A stretch of DNA of 64,000 nucleotides, taken from the IMG/VR virus record IMGVR_UViG_3300042879_003054, one strand, 5' to 3'. A program made the position numbers and the translations under genes. Below, one piece after another: positions 29,070 to 39,829 of this stretch (its first letter is position 1; each line of letters opens with the position of its first letter). The notes under the pieces were generated by a model. That model saw nothing but the letters and a program-made list of their open reading frames with translations. It was not told the DNA's origin and ran no database searches. This stretch comes from a virus.

Positions 29070-29990
29070 CTACTTTAAAATTTTTTCTTTAATAAAATTA
29101 ATAACATTTTTTGGTTTTGCAAACTCTGGTATTTTATTGTCTTTAAACCAAGGTTCACTAATCATTTTAGCATACAAATCATAATTTGCATCTATTTCCA
29201 TGATTTTATCTATAACAAGTTCATCATCTTCATATTGATGCCAATTTATAAAAGATTCTTCATTAAAATCACCAACAACAGCATTTGAACCCCAATAAAT
29301 TGGAATACAATTTGCAAACATAGAATGAATAATTTTTTCACTAACGTACCCATAATCTGGGCAATTTTCCATACTAATATTAAATTTAAAATTTTTTAAA
29401 TAATCAATTTTCCATCTTTGGTCTCCACGTCCAATTATATTTCCATTAGTATTATTATACATTCTACCAGCACAATGAACAAATTGTTTAAGATGTAATT
29501 TTGGAACAAACTCAACTCTTTTACCAAAAGGTTGTGTATTAACGAAAGAACAAAATGCTTGTTTCTGTAATAAAATTTTTTCTGGATCTTTTGGTGCTAA
29601 AAATTCATCCAATGAATGAAGATATGATTGGTCCCTATTATCATTATGGGGGACATTAAACCAATTTAAATGCAAAACCCAAAGTGGCAATCTATAATTT
29701 CTCTCATCCCCAGTATCTTCATATCCAAAAGAAAAATGAGTTTGATTATAATTGGGCCTATGAATGTGAGGTGGTTCTGCTGTAAAATAAACTTTTTTCG
29801 TTATGCCATTATCATAACGAAGATGCCCTTTTTGATTATGGTAATCTACACTATGAAATAAAATATCTGGTTCATTTTTTTCAATTGTAACTTCATATTC
29901 TTGACTCAATAGATGATAAAAATAATTGTCAGTTTTGATAAAGTTTGGCCAAAAGTCTACAAAATCTATTGTTAATTTTTCTTTTTTCAT
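29070..29990 (-). CDS. alpha-1,3-fucosyltransferase-like (GT10)
   Basis: FKFNISMEN..DYGYVSEKI....CIPIYWG. Confidence 0.88.
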   Translation of the reverse strand: MKKEKLTIDFVDFWPNFIKTDNYFYHLLSQEYEVTIEKNEPDILFHSVDYHNQKGHLRYDNGITKKVYFTAEPPHIHRPNYNQTHFSFGYEDTGDERNYRLPLWVLHLNWFNVPHNDNRDQSYLHSLDEFLAPKDPEKILLQKQAFCSFVNTQPFGKRVEFVPKLHLKQFVHCAGRMYNNTNGNIIGRGDQRWKIDYLKNFKFNISMENCPDYGYVSEKIIHSMFANCIPIYWGSNAVVGDFNEESFINWHQYEDDELVIDKIMEIDANYDLYAKMISEPWFKDNKIPEFAKPKNVINFIKEKILK

Positions 29991-29993
29991 AAT

Positions 29994-30374
29994 TTATTTT
30001 CCATAAAGAAATTGTGTGATTGAATCTTTTGTAATATTCAAAGAATTTAATACTTTATCATCAATGAGAACATCATAATGTATTTTGCCCATTACAAGTT
30101 GATGATATTTTAAACCCCATTCATCTAAATTATTGAGAGTTTTGGTATATAACTGACCATAAATTTCAATTACATTTCCATTGAACTGTGTCATTCCTCT
30201 TGCTGTATATATAACAATTTTATGACCGTCATCATAGAGAGAATTGACTAATTCAATCATCTTTTTATTTGGAATACAGTAACTGTACTTTAATGGTCCT
30301 AAGTTTTCAAATTGATTTGAACGATGACAAAGAACATCATCCAAATCAAATGCAATAATCTTTTGTTTGCTCAT
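29994..30374 (-). CDS. HAD-family (capsule biosynthesis-type) phosphatase
   Basis: FDLDDVL, YTARG, MGK, IDDK. Confidence 0.85.
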   Translation of the reverse strand: MSKQKIIAFDLDDVLCHRSNQFENLGPLKYSYCIPNKKMIELVNSLYDDGHKIVIYTARGMTQFNGNVIEIYGQLYTKTLNNLDEWGLKYHQLVMGKIHYDVLIDDKVLNSLNITKDSITQFLYGK

Positions 30375-31344
30375 TTAATAATTTCAATTTAGATGTAATT
30401 CTTTTTTGGATGAGTTTGTCGGCATTTGGAAAATGAGATTTTATATTATTAATAAAACTCTTATCTGATAGTATATAATGACAGCAAGTCATTATAATTT
30501 GACTTTTGGATACACGAGATATATTAGGAATCCATTTTTTCCATTTACCTGAAATATAGCATATTTCATATAATTTTTCAAATAGATAACTATCTTCTTT
30601 GCACATTTCAAGATAAAACTCTGATTCAATTTGCCCATATTCTGGAGCAATATTAATGGCATCAAGACCATCAGCAAATCTCACTTCAACATCAAAAGAA
30701 TCCGTAAGATAATCCCCATTATGTTCTTTACTCATCAAATTAAAACTTTTAACCACTTCAATAAAATTTTCAAGTCTATTATTATTGAAATTTCCAATAT
30801 TTGTTCTTGTTGCTAAATCTAATTTTGTCCCAGACTGGACAACAGCATATTTAATTTGATTAAATTGTTCAACCCTCAATCTAATTTTTAAATATCCAAG
30901 CATCCAATTTAAATCTTCTGGTTCATATTTAAAAATTGCCTCTTCTGTTCCAACCTCGTACATTACGTTTGAATTAATCTCAAAAAGTTCCTCAATAATA
31001 TCAGCAGTTTTTTCTGCTGCACGATAAATGGTTTGTGAAACTCTAAAAGGATCTATATGAATCAAATCAAAACATTGTGCATCAACCCCAAAAGATACTT
31101 CACCATCATCACTCATTTGTCCTTGTTCTTCTCCTCCATGATCACGACAGAGAAAAATTGATGAGTTTTTATTTTTAACATAAGAAGAAAATGTTTTAGT
31201 GTTCCAATTATTAACATATCCACCAGAAAAATCAACTTGTCTTCTAGAAGCAATCAATCCAATAGGATGTTTTTGACCATGTTTAATTACACAATCTACC
31301 ACATTTTGACTCATTGGACCTATGTAATATTTGGGGAAAATCAT
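30346..31344 (-). CDS. GatZ/KbaZ-like TIM-barrel sugar-phosphate aldolase/epimerase
   Basis: ASRRQV...GGY, RDHGG, IHID, YEVGTE, KEHNGDY, NIAPE. Confidence 0.7.
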   Translation of the reverse strand: MIFPKYYIGPMSQNVVDCVIKHGQKHPIGLIASRRQVDFSGGYVNNWNTKTFSSYVKNKNSSIFLCRDHGGEEQGQMSDDGEVSFGVDAQCFDLIHIDPFRVSQTIYRAAEKTADIIEELFEINSNVMYEVGTEEAIFKYEPEDLNWMLGYLKIRLRVEQFNQIKYAVVQSGTKLDLATRTNIGNFNNNRLENFIEVVKSFNLMSKEHNGDYLTDSFDVEVRFADGLDAINIAPEYGQIESEFYLEMCKEDSYLFEKLYEICYISGKWKKWIPNISRVSKSQIIMTCCHYILSDKSFINNIKSHFPNADKLIQKRITSKLKLLNEQTKDYCI

Positions 31345-32888
31345 CTAAGATTCAAAAATAAATTATATTTACCAAAATAGTATAAAAACATATCTAAGGG
31401 GTGCTCATGAAGGGGTGCCATATTGATCCAAATAATAGAACTCAATATTTCAATTGAACTATAATCAATTCCTTGATGTTCACAAAAATCTTTAAGCAAT
31501 TCCTTACATTCTATCATAGATTTCTTCATAAGAACATCGCACCGAATACCATCTGTAAAATCAATGGAATAAAGATTTTTAGATAAAATTTCGTGATTAA
31601 GAGTTAAATTATGATTAAGTTTAGCAATATCATAATTCATATCACCAGCATCAATACTACCATTAAAATCTTGTCTCCAATCAATTAAAGTAATTTTATC
31701 ATCGGTCATAATGATATTATCCAGAATAAAATCACCATGAAACCCTGTCGGAACCTTACCCATTATTGAATAAAAATCAACTTCTTCAAGAAGTTTTTTC
31801 ATAGGAGGAACAATACATCCATTAATGCAATCGTAATCATCAATAAGATTATATTTTTCCAAAAACTTTTCTAATCTCAAAATTGTCTTATCTTTATAAA
31901 AATAAAAAGCATTATTTTCATAGTTCAAATCTTCTTTTTGTGTCCAAAGATTATCAATGGACCAAAAGAGTAAATTAGAAAATTTTTGCAAATTTACTAC
32001 ATCAGAAAGAAGATTTCCTTTTACATATTCATACTTATAAAAGTTTTCGGTGCTTCCAAGTAAATTTGGAACTAGACCTTTGAGATTTTTTGTTCGCAAT
32101 ACTCTATCATAGCACACTTTTTTATTATAAAAAAACTTAATCACAAAGTCATCGAATATAAAAATATTTTCATCCTCTTTATCAAGAACATGAATGGTTC
32201 CTTTAATCTTTGAACGAGTTCTTCTTAGAGAATCAATGTTCCCAATATCATACCATTCATCAATTTTAATCACCAAAAAATCATTCATTTTACGAATGAC
32301 ATGACAATCACTTAAGTCACTAGTTTTTATAGTTTGGAGAATTGTTTTACAAGTATTCCAAAAAATTTCATACTGTTTAATACCAGAAACACCAACATAA
32401 ACAAAATCAAAGTTCTGTTCACCCTTTTCGTTGATCGATGCAATTTTTCCATTTAAACAGTTGATGGTTCTATAAGATTGACTATTATCACCAACTCCAC
32501 CAATAGACCAATTTGTTAAAAAATCCATATCTTCAATATAGTTTTTTGGAAGAATCGTATCACAAGCATGAAAAATAAAAGGGCATTGTAAATATTCTTC
32601 ACACAAAGACATAGAATAGAGGAGACTACTTCCTTCACCAGTATAATTATCAACCTCCACAAACTGAATTTTCCTATCAGAGTGTGTTAATGACAAATAC
32701 TGCTTTACATGAGATCCATAGTGACCCAACGTCACAACGAACTCAACATGATCAGGATAAGACTCAATGATGTGAGAGATAACTGGTTTATCACCAACTC
32801 TAACTAGACTTTTATTTGTAAACTTAGTTAGATTGCCAAGTCTAGAACCAAGACCACTAGTTGTAAGTAAAACTTTATAGTCTACCAT
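31341..32888 (-). CDS. nucleotidyltransferase fused to APH/choline-kinase-like phosphotransferase
   Basis: SGLGSRL..LT...K; C-terminal HGDF...N, IDW, YD.AKL. Confidence 0.82.
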   Translation of the reverse strand: MVDYKVLLTTSGLGSRLGNLTKFTNKSLVRVGDKPVISHIIESYPDHVEFVVTLGHYGSHVKQYLSLTHSDRKIQFVEVDNYTGEGSSLLYSMSLCEEYLQCPFIFHACDTILPKNYIEDMDFLTNWSIGGVGDNSQSYRTINCLNGKIASINEKGEQNFDFVYVGVSGIKQYEIFWNTCKTILQTIKTSDLSDCHVIRKMNDFLVIKIDEWYDIGNIDSLRRTRSKIKGTIHVLDKEDENIFIFDDFVIKFFYNKKVCYDRVLRTKNLKGLVPNLLGSTENFYKYEYVKGNLLSDVVNLQKFSNLLFWSIDNLWTQKEDLNYENNAFYFYKDKTILRLEKFLEKYNLIDDYDCINGCIVPPMKKLLEEVDFYSIMGKVPTGFHGDFILDNIIMTDDKITLIDWRQDFNGSIDAGDMNYDIAKLNHNLTLNHEILSKNLYSIDFTDGIRCDVLMKKSMIECKELLKDFCEHQGIDYSSIEILSSIIWINMAPLHEHPLDMFLYYFGKYNLFLNLR

Positions 32889-33219
32889 ATTTGTCTTCCA
32901 ATCTTACAATGTCATCTTCACCAAAGTATTCACCAAGTTGAACTTCAATAAAAATTAAGTCAGCATCACCAATATTTGTCATTTGATGTTTTGATTCTTT
33001 TGGTATAAAAACAACGTCACCTTCTCTATAATAATAAACCTCATCATCTATTTTAACCTTACCAGTTCCTTTAACTAAAACCCATATTTCACTTCTTTTA
33101 AAGTGATATTGATAACTGGGGGATTCTCCTGGATTAATGACAATTTTTTTAACTTTAGTATAATCTTCATCCATCAGGTTCTTATATGAACCCCAAGGTT
33201 TTAAAATAGTATTATTCAT
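32875..33219 (-). CDS. cupin, mannose-6-phosphate isomerase type II C-terminal-like
   Basis: PWG, S.QYH..RSE.W, H, IEVQ.G.Y.GEDDIVR. Confidence 0.9.
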   Translation of the reverse strand: MNNTILKPWGSYKNLMDEDYTKVKKIVINPGESPSYQYHFKRSEIWVLVKGTGKVKIDDEVYYYREGDVVFIPKESKHQMTNIGDADLIFIEVQLGEYFGEDDIVRLEDKYGRL

Positions 33220-33998
33220 TATCTAGGTCCATATATTTCATCCCTATCACAAGAAGTGTATTCTGTATGGGATGAATATTTAAACCCATAAAACTTTGAG
33301 TTTTCATCAAATACATCTTCAATATTATATTCCTTCCCATTATGCCCATTAGGAACAAACATAATTCTAGCAAGTCTCCATACAGGAAGATTGTATGCCC
33401 CCTCATCACCAGATTTATGAGGATACATGCCATGATATCTAATTCCTTTTTCAAGAAATCTATAAACCATATGATGAGTTATACATAAATTTTTATTTTT
33501 ATTGTATATTTCCAATGCCAAATCCAACAAATCACCACTAATTACAATAAAACAATCATCATTTCTTTGAGGAACAGAAATTGAATTTTTTGGAAGAAAT
33601 ATTTTAGAAAAATCTTCAAATATTACGATATCAAATCTAGTCAAAATAATATAATCATATTTTATATTATTTTTTTCTTGATATTTTTTAATCTGAATCA
33701 AAGAATCAATAATTATTTGTGTTACATTAGACCAATTATATTTTTTAATTTTTTCATTAAACTCAGAAATTCGGACATCAACTGGCTTTAACTTATCAAT
33801 ATATTCATTTAATTTTTTAGAGTCATAAGTATTGAAAAAAATATCTACTTCATTTCCTTCATTAAATAAAGGATTAATTAAATTTTTTTCATTATATAAA
33901 ATACAATCAGAAAAATCTACAGTATAAGGATCAATTCCTGCTTCATTAAAATAATTTTCTCTATAGCTTATTCCTCTATAGCAAATTGCGTATTTCAT
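33219..33998 (-). CDS. hypothetical protein of the glycan island
   Basis: MKYAIC..G, YDYIILTRFD. Confidence 0.6.
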   Translation of the reverse strand: MKYAICYRGISYRENYFNEAGIDPYTVDFSDCILYNEKNLINPLFNEGNEVDIFFNTYDSKKLNEYIDKLKPVDVRISEFNEKIKKYNWSNVTQIIIDSLIQIKKYQEKNNIKYDYIILTRFDIVIFEDFSKIFLPKNSISVPQRNDDCFIVISGDLLDLALEIYNKNKNLCITHHMVYRFLEKGIRYHGMYPHKSGDEGAYNLPVWRLARIMFVPNGHNGKEYNIEDVFDENSKFYGFKYSSHTEYTSCDRDEIYGPR

Positions 33999-34687
33999 AG
34001 TACCAAATCATCATCTTCATAGATCTCAAAAATTCTATTTGAACCATATCTATTGTCTAACATTTGATCCGGAAAAACAAATTCATAATTAAAATCATTT
34101 TCCCACATAAAAGCAATTTCAGTATGAATTGCATCACCCCAATTGACATTATCCATATCAATATAATCAAAAAAGTTCATTTTTGGATATCCAATTAAAA
34201 TATTATTTTTTATTGAGTATATCCATCTATGGTGATGGTATCCCTTATATGATATTCCTTCCTTTCCCTCAAATCTAGTTTGTTCTGCATATTTAGATGG
34301 CATACTAATAAAACCTGCTTTTCCGATTTTATTAATCATTTTACAAGCAATTAAAGGATTATTCAAATCTTCAAGAGTATGCGAACAAATAACAAAATCA
34401 AATTTTCCATTTTTTTCAACATCTTCTAAAATTTCGTTCCACTCCAAAGAATCCTCAATATTTACACGAAAAACTTTTATATCTTTTTCATTAAACTTTT
34501 CAATATATTTTGGGTCTGTAAAAATATCTGCAATATGTGTTAACCAATCAATTGCCCAAGGACTTGCTGCTGCACCAACATCAAGTATTCTATAATTCCT
34601 TTCTTCTTTGTTGAAATTTTTTTCAAAATATTCAAATGCCCATTCATAATGAGCGTTCATTTTACCAATTCCTTTTTTAATCATCAT
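33995..34687 (-). CDS. class I SAM-dependent methyltransferase
   Basis: ILDVGA, FDFVICSHTLED. Confidence 0.85.
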   Translation of the reverse strand: MMIKKGIGKMNAHYEWAFEYFEKNFNKEERNYRILDVGAAASPWAIDWLTHIADIFTDPKYIEKFNEKDIKVFRVNIEDSLEWNEILEDVEKNGKFDFVICSHTLEDLNNPLIACKMINKIGKAGFISMPSKYAEQTRFEGKEGISYKGYHHHRWIYSIKNNILIGYPKMNFFDYIDMDNVNWGDAIHTEIAFMWENDFNYEFVFPDQMLDNRYGSNRIFEIYEDDDLVL

Positions 34688-34708
34688 AGTTTTTTCCGAT
34701 AAATTTAT

Positions 34709-35461
34709 TCAATTAAACCACTCCTTTCTCCATTGCTGACCACCAGCAAAATGACGAATAATGACATCCTCTTTATTCACCTTATTTATTAGAAACTCAC
34801 AGGATGATTCTCCCTCCATTTCTGTCACGTTCCAATCAGTTGGCAGTATTTCCACATTTTCATACAGTTCATCTAAAGAGTAAACAGTCCATTCTGTTTT
34901 ATCTGAATGCCAACCACAATCAGATAAATCCCAAAACGGTGTATCAGAATGTCTTTTAATTCCCGCAAGAGAATACCAAGATGCTTGTTCACGAAACTCA
35001 TGCCAAAAACTATTAATATATCCAAATCTTTCGTGACGACTCACCGCATCATTTAATGCCTTATATCTTTCCTCGGATAAAATATTTGCTACCAATTGAC
35101 GAGACCAATCATTAACTTTAATGGAATATGATCCCATACAATGAGTATTCCCAGAGTCTATTGCATAGGAAAATGATTTAGTAGTTTCATAAGGAATATC
35201 TGTTTTCACAACGCACATATCGGCATCAATATGTGTTACAATGTCTCCATCTTTAATATATTCCTCTTCAAGCATTTGCTCAAGAACAGTAAATTTTAAC
35301 CAAGTATAATTTCCACGATACTTGTATAAATTTTCTTTTAATTCAAGATACTCAAATCCATGTTTATCTGCATATTCTTGATTTCTTGGAGACATATAAG
35401 TGTCAAAAAATTGTTGCCTCTGATCTTTATAATCTGCAAACACTAATAAAATTTTTTTCAT
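34709..35461 (-). CDS. GT34-like glycosyltransferase
   Basis: YA.KHG.EY, W.K, DAD, EQ, HFAG. Confidence 0.65.
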   Translation of the reverse strand: MKKILLVFADYKDQRQQFFDTYMSPRNQEYADKHGFEYLELKENLYKYRGNYTWLKFTVLEQMLEEEYIKDGDIVTHIDADMCVVKTDIPYETTKSFSYAIDSGNTHCMGSYSIKVNDWSRQLVANILSEERYKALNDAVSRHERFGYINSFWHEFREQASWYSLAGIKRHSDTPFWDLSDCGWHSDKTEWTVYSLDELYENVEILPTDWNVTEMEGESSCEFLINKVNKEDVIIRHFAGGQQWRKEWFN

Positions 35462-36324
35462 TTGATTCTTTTTATAATATTATTAAACATACCTTCAAGT
35501 GAAAAATATTCATCATAAACTTTTTTACCATTTTCCAATAAGTCATTATATTCTACATCAGAAATGGATTTTAGTATAGCATCAATATCTTCAATCTCAT
35601 CTTCATTTACTGGAACACAAAAATCATTCCAATCTAGTTCATCTATCCAAGGAAGATAATGAACATCTGAAATATAAACTGGAACAGTTCCCAGTTGAAG
35701 AATTTCATACATTCTAAAACTACTCTTCCCATAACCTCTTGGAGCAAGTCCAAATTTGCTGGAGCAGGTTATGTCCAGAAACTTCTTAAAGTTGTCCATA
35801 GGGACTGTCGTAGACCAGTTTCCAGCAGAAATCTCATACCCTTCCTTTCCAGATAAATGATTACACATATCCATACGAATAGGATGAGTATTTCTAGAAC
35901 CAACAAAAGAAGCAAGAATAGTTTTTTCTTTATTTGGAATTAATTCTTTTGGAATAGAACCACAAATCAAAGGAATAGGAATAATATTATCACCTTCACG
36001 ATTACCACCAGCAGAAAAAATTAAAGTATCCTCTGGAAATTTTTCAAAAGGTCCATCATCAAATTGAGATACTGTAAAATATTTTCCATCTTTATTCAAA
36101 ACAGAATCCAATTCTTCTTGAATATTATGATATTGCTGCCCTGCAAACATTGAATTGCAAAAATTATTCGTCCAGAAGACATCAATATATTCTCTATCCG
36201 ATTGAATATTTTCCTCATTCCATCTTTTAAAGAAATATTCCTCAAGATATTCTCCAGTATGATAAGGGGGATATGTGGGTGATATTGATGCTGGTCTTAA
36301 TGCATCATTATTCATAAGAACCAT
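35458..36324 (-). CDS. exostosin-family glycosyltransferase (GT47-like)
   Basis: SKFGLAPRG...SFR.YE....G.VPV.ISD...LP. Confidence 0.85.
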   Translation of the reverse strand: MVLMNNDALRPASISPTYPPYHTGEYLEEYFFKRWNEENIQSDREYIDVFWTNNFCNSMFAGQQYHNIQEELDSVLNKDGKYFTVSQFDDGPFEKFPEDTLIFSAGGNREGDNIIPIPLICGSIPKELIPNKEKTILASFVGSRNTHPIRMDMCNHLSGKEGYEISAGNWSTTVPMDNFKKFLDITCSSKFGLAPRGYGKSSFRMYEILQLGTVPVYISDVHYLPWIDELDWNDFCVPVNEDEIEDIDAILKSISDVEYNDLLENGKKVYDEYFSLEGMFNNIIKRIK

Positions 36325-36977
36325 AATTTTTCCTCCTTAAACTTTTCAATTTTAGTGCCTACACCAACCATCCAATTATTATGAACAATAAAAGCATTTT
36401 TCTTTTTTCCTTCAGTATAATATGCATACCCATTTGGAAACAAGTCACGATTTAGGATAGCAATATTTTCTGGATATTTGTTAATTGCTACATCATTAAT
36501 AATTAGTTGATCGTCCTGCCCCTCAGAAGAAGCACAATCGTTTATCATCTGTTCACATTCTTTACTTTCATTGAAAACCATAAATCCAGAACACAAAGTA
36601 GATCCAGGAGAATCTCCCTGAAAAAGAACTTCTTCGTGTCCTGAGATATATTCAGTCGGATTTTCAACAAATACAATATCAGTATCAACCCAACATAAGT
36701 TTTTGTGTTCTTGATAAATTTTTTGAATGATGCTCCATTTATTTTTTACAATATTTCTAAAACCACTATTTTCATCAAAAGTCCAATTTTGATATTCAAC
36801 TACTGGTTGATCAGCATAAAGAAAAGCATTTTTATATTCATTTAGATTTTCATATGCATTACTATCTAAACAAGCAATATAAAAATCATTTACATCAATT
36901 CCTACTCTTTCTGCAGAAATTAACATATTTTTGCAAATGTCTATGCATCCACTATTCAAGAATGTTAAAAATTTCAT
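36312..36977 (-). CDS. nucleotide-diphospho-sugar transferase (GT77-like)
   Basis: DTDIV, C.GF, DDQ..IN, FPNG, H.N. Confidence 0.8.
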   Translation of the reverse strand: MKFLTFLNSGCIDICKNMLISAERVGIDVNDFYIACLDSNAYENLNEYKNAFLYADQPVVEYQNWTFDENSGFRNIVKNKWSIIQKIYQEHKNLCWVDTDIVFVENPTEYISGHEEVLFQGDSPGSTLCSGFMVFNESKECEQMINDCASSEGQDDQLIINDVAINKYPENIAILNRDLFPNGYAYYTEGKKKNAFIVHNNWMVGVGTKIEKFKEEKLWFL

Positions 36978-37789
36978 TTATTTAATATTTCATTCAAAGA
37001 TAAGTTTTTTCCCACATCTTTCCACCAATTTAAAACTTTATGATAAGATTCAATATGATGACCTTTATGTGTTTCTTTATATAGTCCAGTATCTTCTCCC
37101 CAATATTTTGATTTTCTATCAAAAAACGTAGTAGTAAATTTTATTTCTTCTACGAATAAAGGAAGAACATAAACATTATATTCTAAATTTTGACTATCTA
37201 CAACACTTTTTGGTGAATAATAAATCAAATGTTCTGCCAAAGGAACCCAACCATTATTATTCGGAAACTCCAAAAGAAATTTATCTTCTTTTATAAAAGT
37301 ATCAATTAAAACTTTTGCAAACCTTCTTGTGACAATATAAGCACCAACAGAAAAATCATCCCAAGTTCTTCTTCTCAATCTAATATCATCAGAATTTTCA
37401 CTTGCACACATTAATTGAATACAATCCCAATCTTTTGGTAGATTTTCAATAAATTCTTCCCAAGTAAAATTCCAATATTGAATAGTTTCTAAACTCAGAT
37501 CATCTTCACAAAAGAAACCATAAGGTTCATTAGTATTATTATACCAATAATTTATCATTCTAAGATGTGAAGTTATTGCTCCCTTTGTTCCATCATCAAG
37601 ATAAAATACTTTAGAACCTTCAATTATATCATTTGTATTTTCAAATCTATCTGATAAAAGAAATTGAAATGATTGAATATTATTTTCTAAAAATTGTCTT
37701 TTGATATTTTCTTGACGGTCTTTGCTTTCTTTTAAACTTGCACAATAAATGTTTGGAAAATTACTGTCCATGAATACACATATCCTCAA
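36974..37789 (-). CDS. glycosyltransferase, GT25-like
   Basis: SL....DR, SHL, CEDD, LP.DWDCIQL. Confidence 0.8.
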   Translation of the reverse strand: MRICVFMDSNFPNIYCASLKESKDRQENIKRQFLENNIQSFQFLLSDRFENTNDIIEGSKVFYLDDGTKGAITSHLRMINYWYNNTNEPYGFFCEDDLSLETIQYWNFTWEEFIENLPKDWDCIQLMCASENSDDIRLRRRTWDDFSVGAYIVTRRFAKVLIDTFIKEDKFLLEFPNNNGWVPLAEHLIYYSPKSVVDSQNLEYNVYVLPLFVEEIKFTTTFFDRKSKYWGEDTGLYKETHKGHHIESYHKVLNWWKDVGKNLSLNEILNK

Positions 37790-38762
37790 CTAATTGCTCA
37801 AAAGAAATTTTAGGTTCCCAACCTAATTTTTCCTTTGCTTTTGTAGCATCACCCAATAAAGTCTCTACTTCAGTCGGTCTAAAATATTTAGAATCAACAC
37901 GAATGATTGGTTTTCCACTAAACTTTTCAACTCCAACTTCATCCAATCCTTCACCTTTCCATTCAATATGAAGACCAAAATAAGGACCGGCAGCATTTAC
38001 AAATTCTTTAACTGAATATTGTTTCCCTGTTGCAATTACATAATCATCAGGGTTATCTTGCTGAAGCATTAACCACATTGCTTCCACAAAATCTTTTGCA
38101 TGTCCCCAATCTCTTTTAGCATTTAAATTACCAAGATATAAACAATCTTGAAGTCCGACAGAAATTTTAGATAATGCTTTTACAATTTTTCTTGTAACAA
38201 ATGTCTCACCCCTGCGAGGAGATTCATGATTAAAAAGAATCCCCGTGCAAGCATACATTCCATATGCTTCACGATAATTTTTAGTAATCCAATACCCATA
38301 AACCTTAGCACATCCATAAGGAGAACGAGGATAGAATGGTGTGGTTTCTTTCTGTGGAATCTCTTGAACCATCCCAAACATCTCTGAGGTGGATGCTTGA
38401 TAGATACGAACATTACCTTCCATTCCAAGCAAACGAACTGCTTCAAGAACACGGAGTGTTCCCAATGCATCTGTTTGTCCTGTATACTCAGGCATCTCAA
38501 AAGAAACCTTTACATGACTCTGAGCACCAAGATTGTAAATTTCATCAGGTTGAACCTGCTGAATAACTCTTACTAAGTTAGTAGAGTCGGTGAGGTCTCC
38601 GTAATGTAGTTTAATGCTGTTGTAAATATGATCAATTCTATGAGTATTAATAAGAGAAGACCTCCTAATAATGCCATGAACTTCATATCCTTTTCCTAAA
38701 AGTAATTCAGCAAGATAAGAACCATCCTGCCCAGTAATGCCAGTGATTAATGCTATTTTCAT
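37761..38762 (-). CDS. gmd: GDP-mannose 4,6-dehydratase
   Basis: [35 protein letters not shown]. Confidence 0.97.
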   Translation of the reverse strand: MKIALITGITGQDGSYLAELLLGKGYEVHGIIRRSSLINTHRIDHIYNSIKLHYGDLTDSTNLVRVIQQVQPDEIYNLGAQSHVKVSFEMPEYTGQTDALGTLRVLEAVRLLGMEGNVRIYQASTSEMFGMVQEIPQKETTPFYPRSPYGCAKVYGYWITKNYREAYGMYACTGILFNHESPRRGETFVTRKIVKALSKISVGLQDCLYLGNLNAKRDWGHAKDFVEAMWLMLQQDNPDDYVIATGKQYSVKEFVNAAGPYFGLHIEWKGEGLDEVGVEKFSGKPIIRVDSKYFRPTEVETLLGDATKAKEKLGWEPKISFEQLVEDMCIHGQ

Positions 38763-38800
38763 GAAAAAAATATTACTTTTTAGGTGATCTATGAATTATC

Positions 38801-38829
38801 ATTATACCAATAATCGGAGCAATAGTCAA
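38801..38829 (-). promoter_or_regulatory. sigma70-type promoter heading the glycan island
   Basis: TTGACT-17-TATAAT. Confidence 0.7.
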
Positions 38830-39005
38830 ACCTGCTCCACAAAGTCCTAACCATATTGGACTTGCAGCAAGTGCTTCTATGATATGAAAAATCATTGTGG
38901 ATATGCGTGATTGAGTGCCCAAACAATGAATAGTCCGATTATACCAAAAATAATCATTGCTGAAAATATTGTGCTACTCATATTTTCCTTTTCCATATAA
39001 AAAGA

Positions 39006-39209
39006 TTAGTTTAGAGTAATTTTAAGAAATGGAAGTAATGGTGGAATAACACCAATCAACCTTAAAAGTCCCTCAGCAAATAGAGCAAGAACCACCCAAC
39101 CGACGCACATACTAATGATAGAAGCATTACGGTTGTGTCTTCGTATAGAAGCATCGATCATCTCCTGAACTTCTGTGCGTGTAATAAACTCTTCTTGCTC
39201 ATACATCAT
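39006..39209 (-). CDS. small membrane protein
   Basis: HNRNASIISM followed by a TM helix. Confidence 0.7.
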   Translation of the reverse strand: MMYEQEEFITRTEVQEMIDASIRRHNRNASIISMCVGWVVLALFAEGLLRLIGVIPPLLPFLKITLN

Positions 39210-39355
39210 TTTTCATCACCAAGAAACTTTGCCAGAGGATCTCTTCTGGTCTTTACAATTTCAACTGCCCTCTTGTAGAACATATTGTCAGTATTGCCAG
39301 AAGATTCAAAAGTTTCCTTAATCTTCACCCAATTATCATAGGTGTGCTGATCCAT
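39206..39355 (-). CDS. 49-aa hypothetical protein (not in ORF track)
   Basis: MDQHTYDNWVKIK...FYKRA...; ATGA overlap. Confidence 0.65.
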   Translation of the reverse strand: MDQHTYDNWVKIKETFESSGNTDNMFYKRAVEIVKTRRDPLAKFLGDEK

Positions 39356-39469
39356 AGGGTTTTAAGTTGAATATTATTAGTTATAATAATCAGCACATTA
39401 TGGTTGTCAAGTTTGTGTTGATTACCAAACAGACATTAAAAAAATGTAAAGTATTTTACAAAACTTATA

Positions 39470-39727
39470 TCAACGAACTTCAAAATCCAATCGTCCTACT
39501 TTCCTTTGACGACGTGCTTCTTGCCAAGCAATGTCTTCATTTGTCAATACATTATTTTTTTCTTTGGTGTGAAAAAAATTCAGCATTACTATATTAGATA
39601 AATCTAATGCTGTAATGACTCCACCACGAATAGTTGCCATATTTGGACAACCACAAGTTATAGTTTTTATTGGATGCCCTTCCAATTCTTTTCCACAAGA
39701 ACGACATCTAATTTTTATATTTTCCAT
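39470..39727 (-). CDS. Zn-ribbon hypothetical protein
   Basis: C..C...CGC.N. Confidence 0.75.
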   Translation of the reverse strand: MENIKIRCRSCGKELEGHPIKTITCGCPNMATIRGGVITALDLSNIVMLNFFHTKEKNNVLTNEDIAWQEARRQRKVGRLDFEVR

Positions 39728-39778
39728 ATTCCAATCCTATAAATAAATTTCAAAATATTTTACTTATTTATACTAGTT

Positions 39779-39808
39779 AAAAAAAACCACCCCAGAAAGG
39801 GGTGGTTC
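39779..39808 (-). terminator. intrinsic terminator after the porin gene
   Basis: AACCACCCC hairpin plus T-run. Confidence 0.75.
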
Positions 39809-39829
39809 CAATCATCTTATGAGTACTTA

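Noticed and set aside
39445-39460. Perfect NtcA-type box TGTA-N8-TACA
   Set aside because: An 8-base AT-rich pattern is expected by chance in 64 kb, and its spacing to the nearby promoter is not canonical
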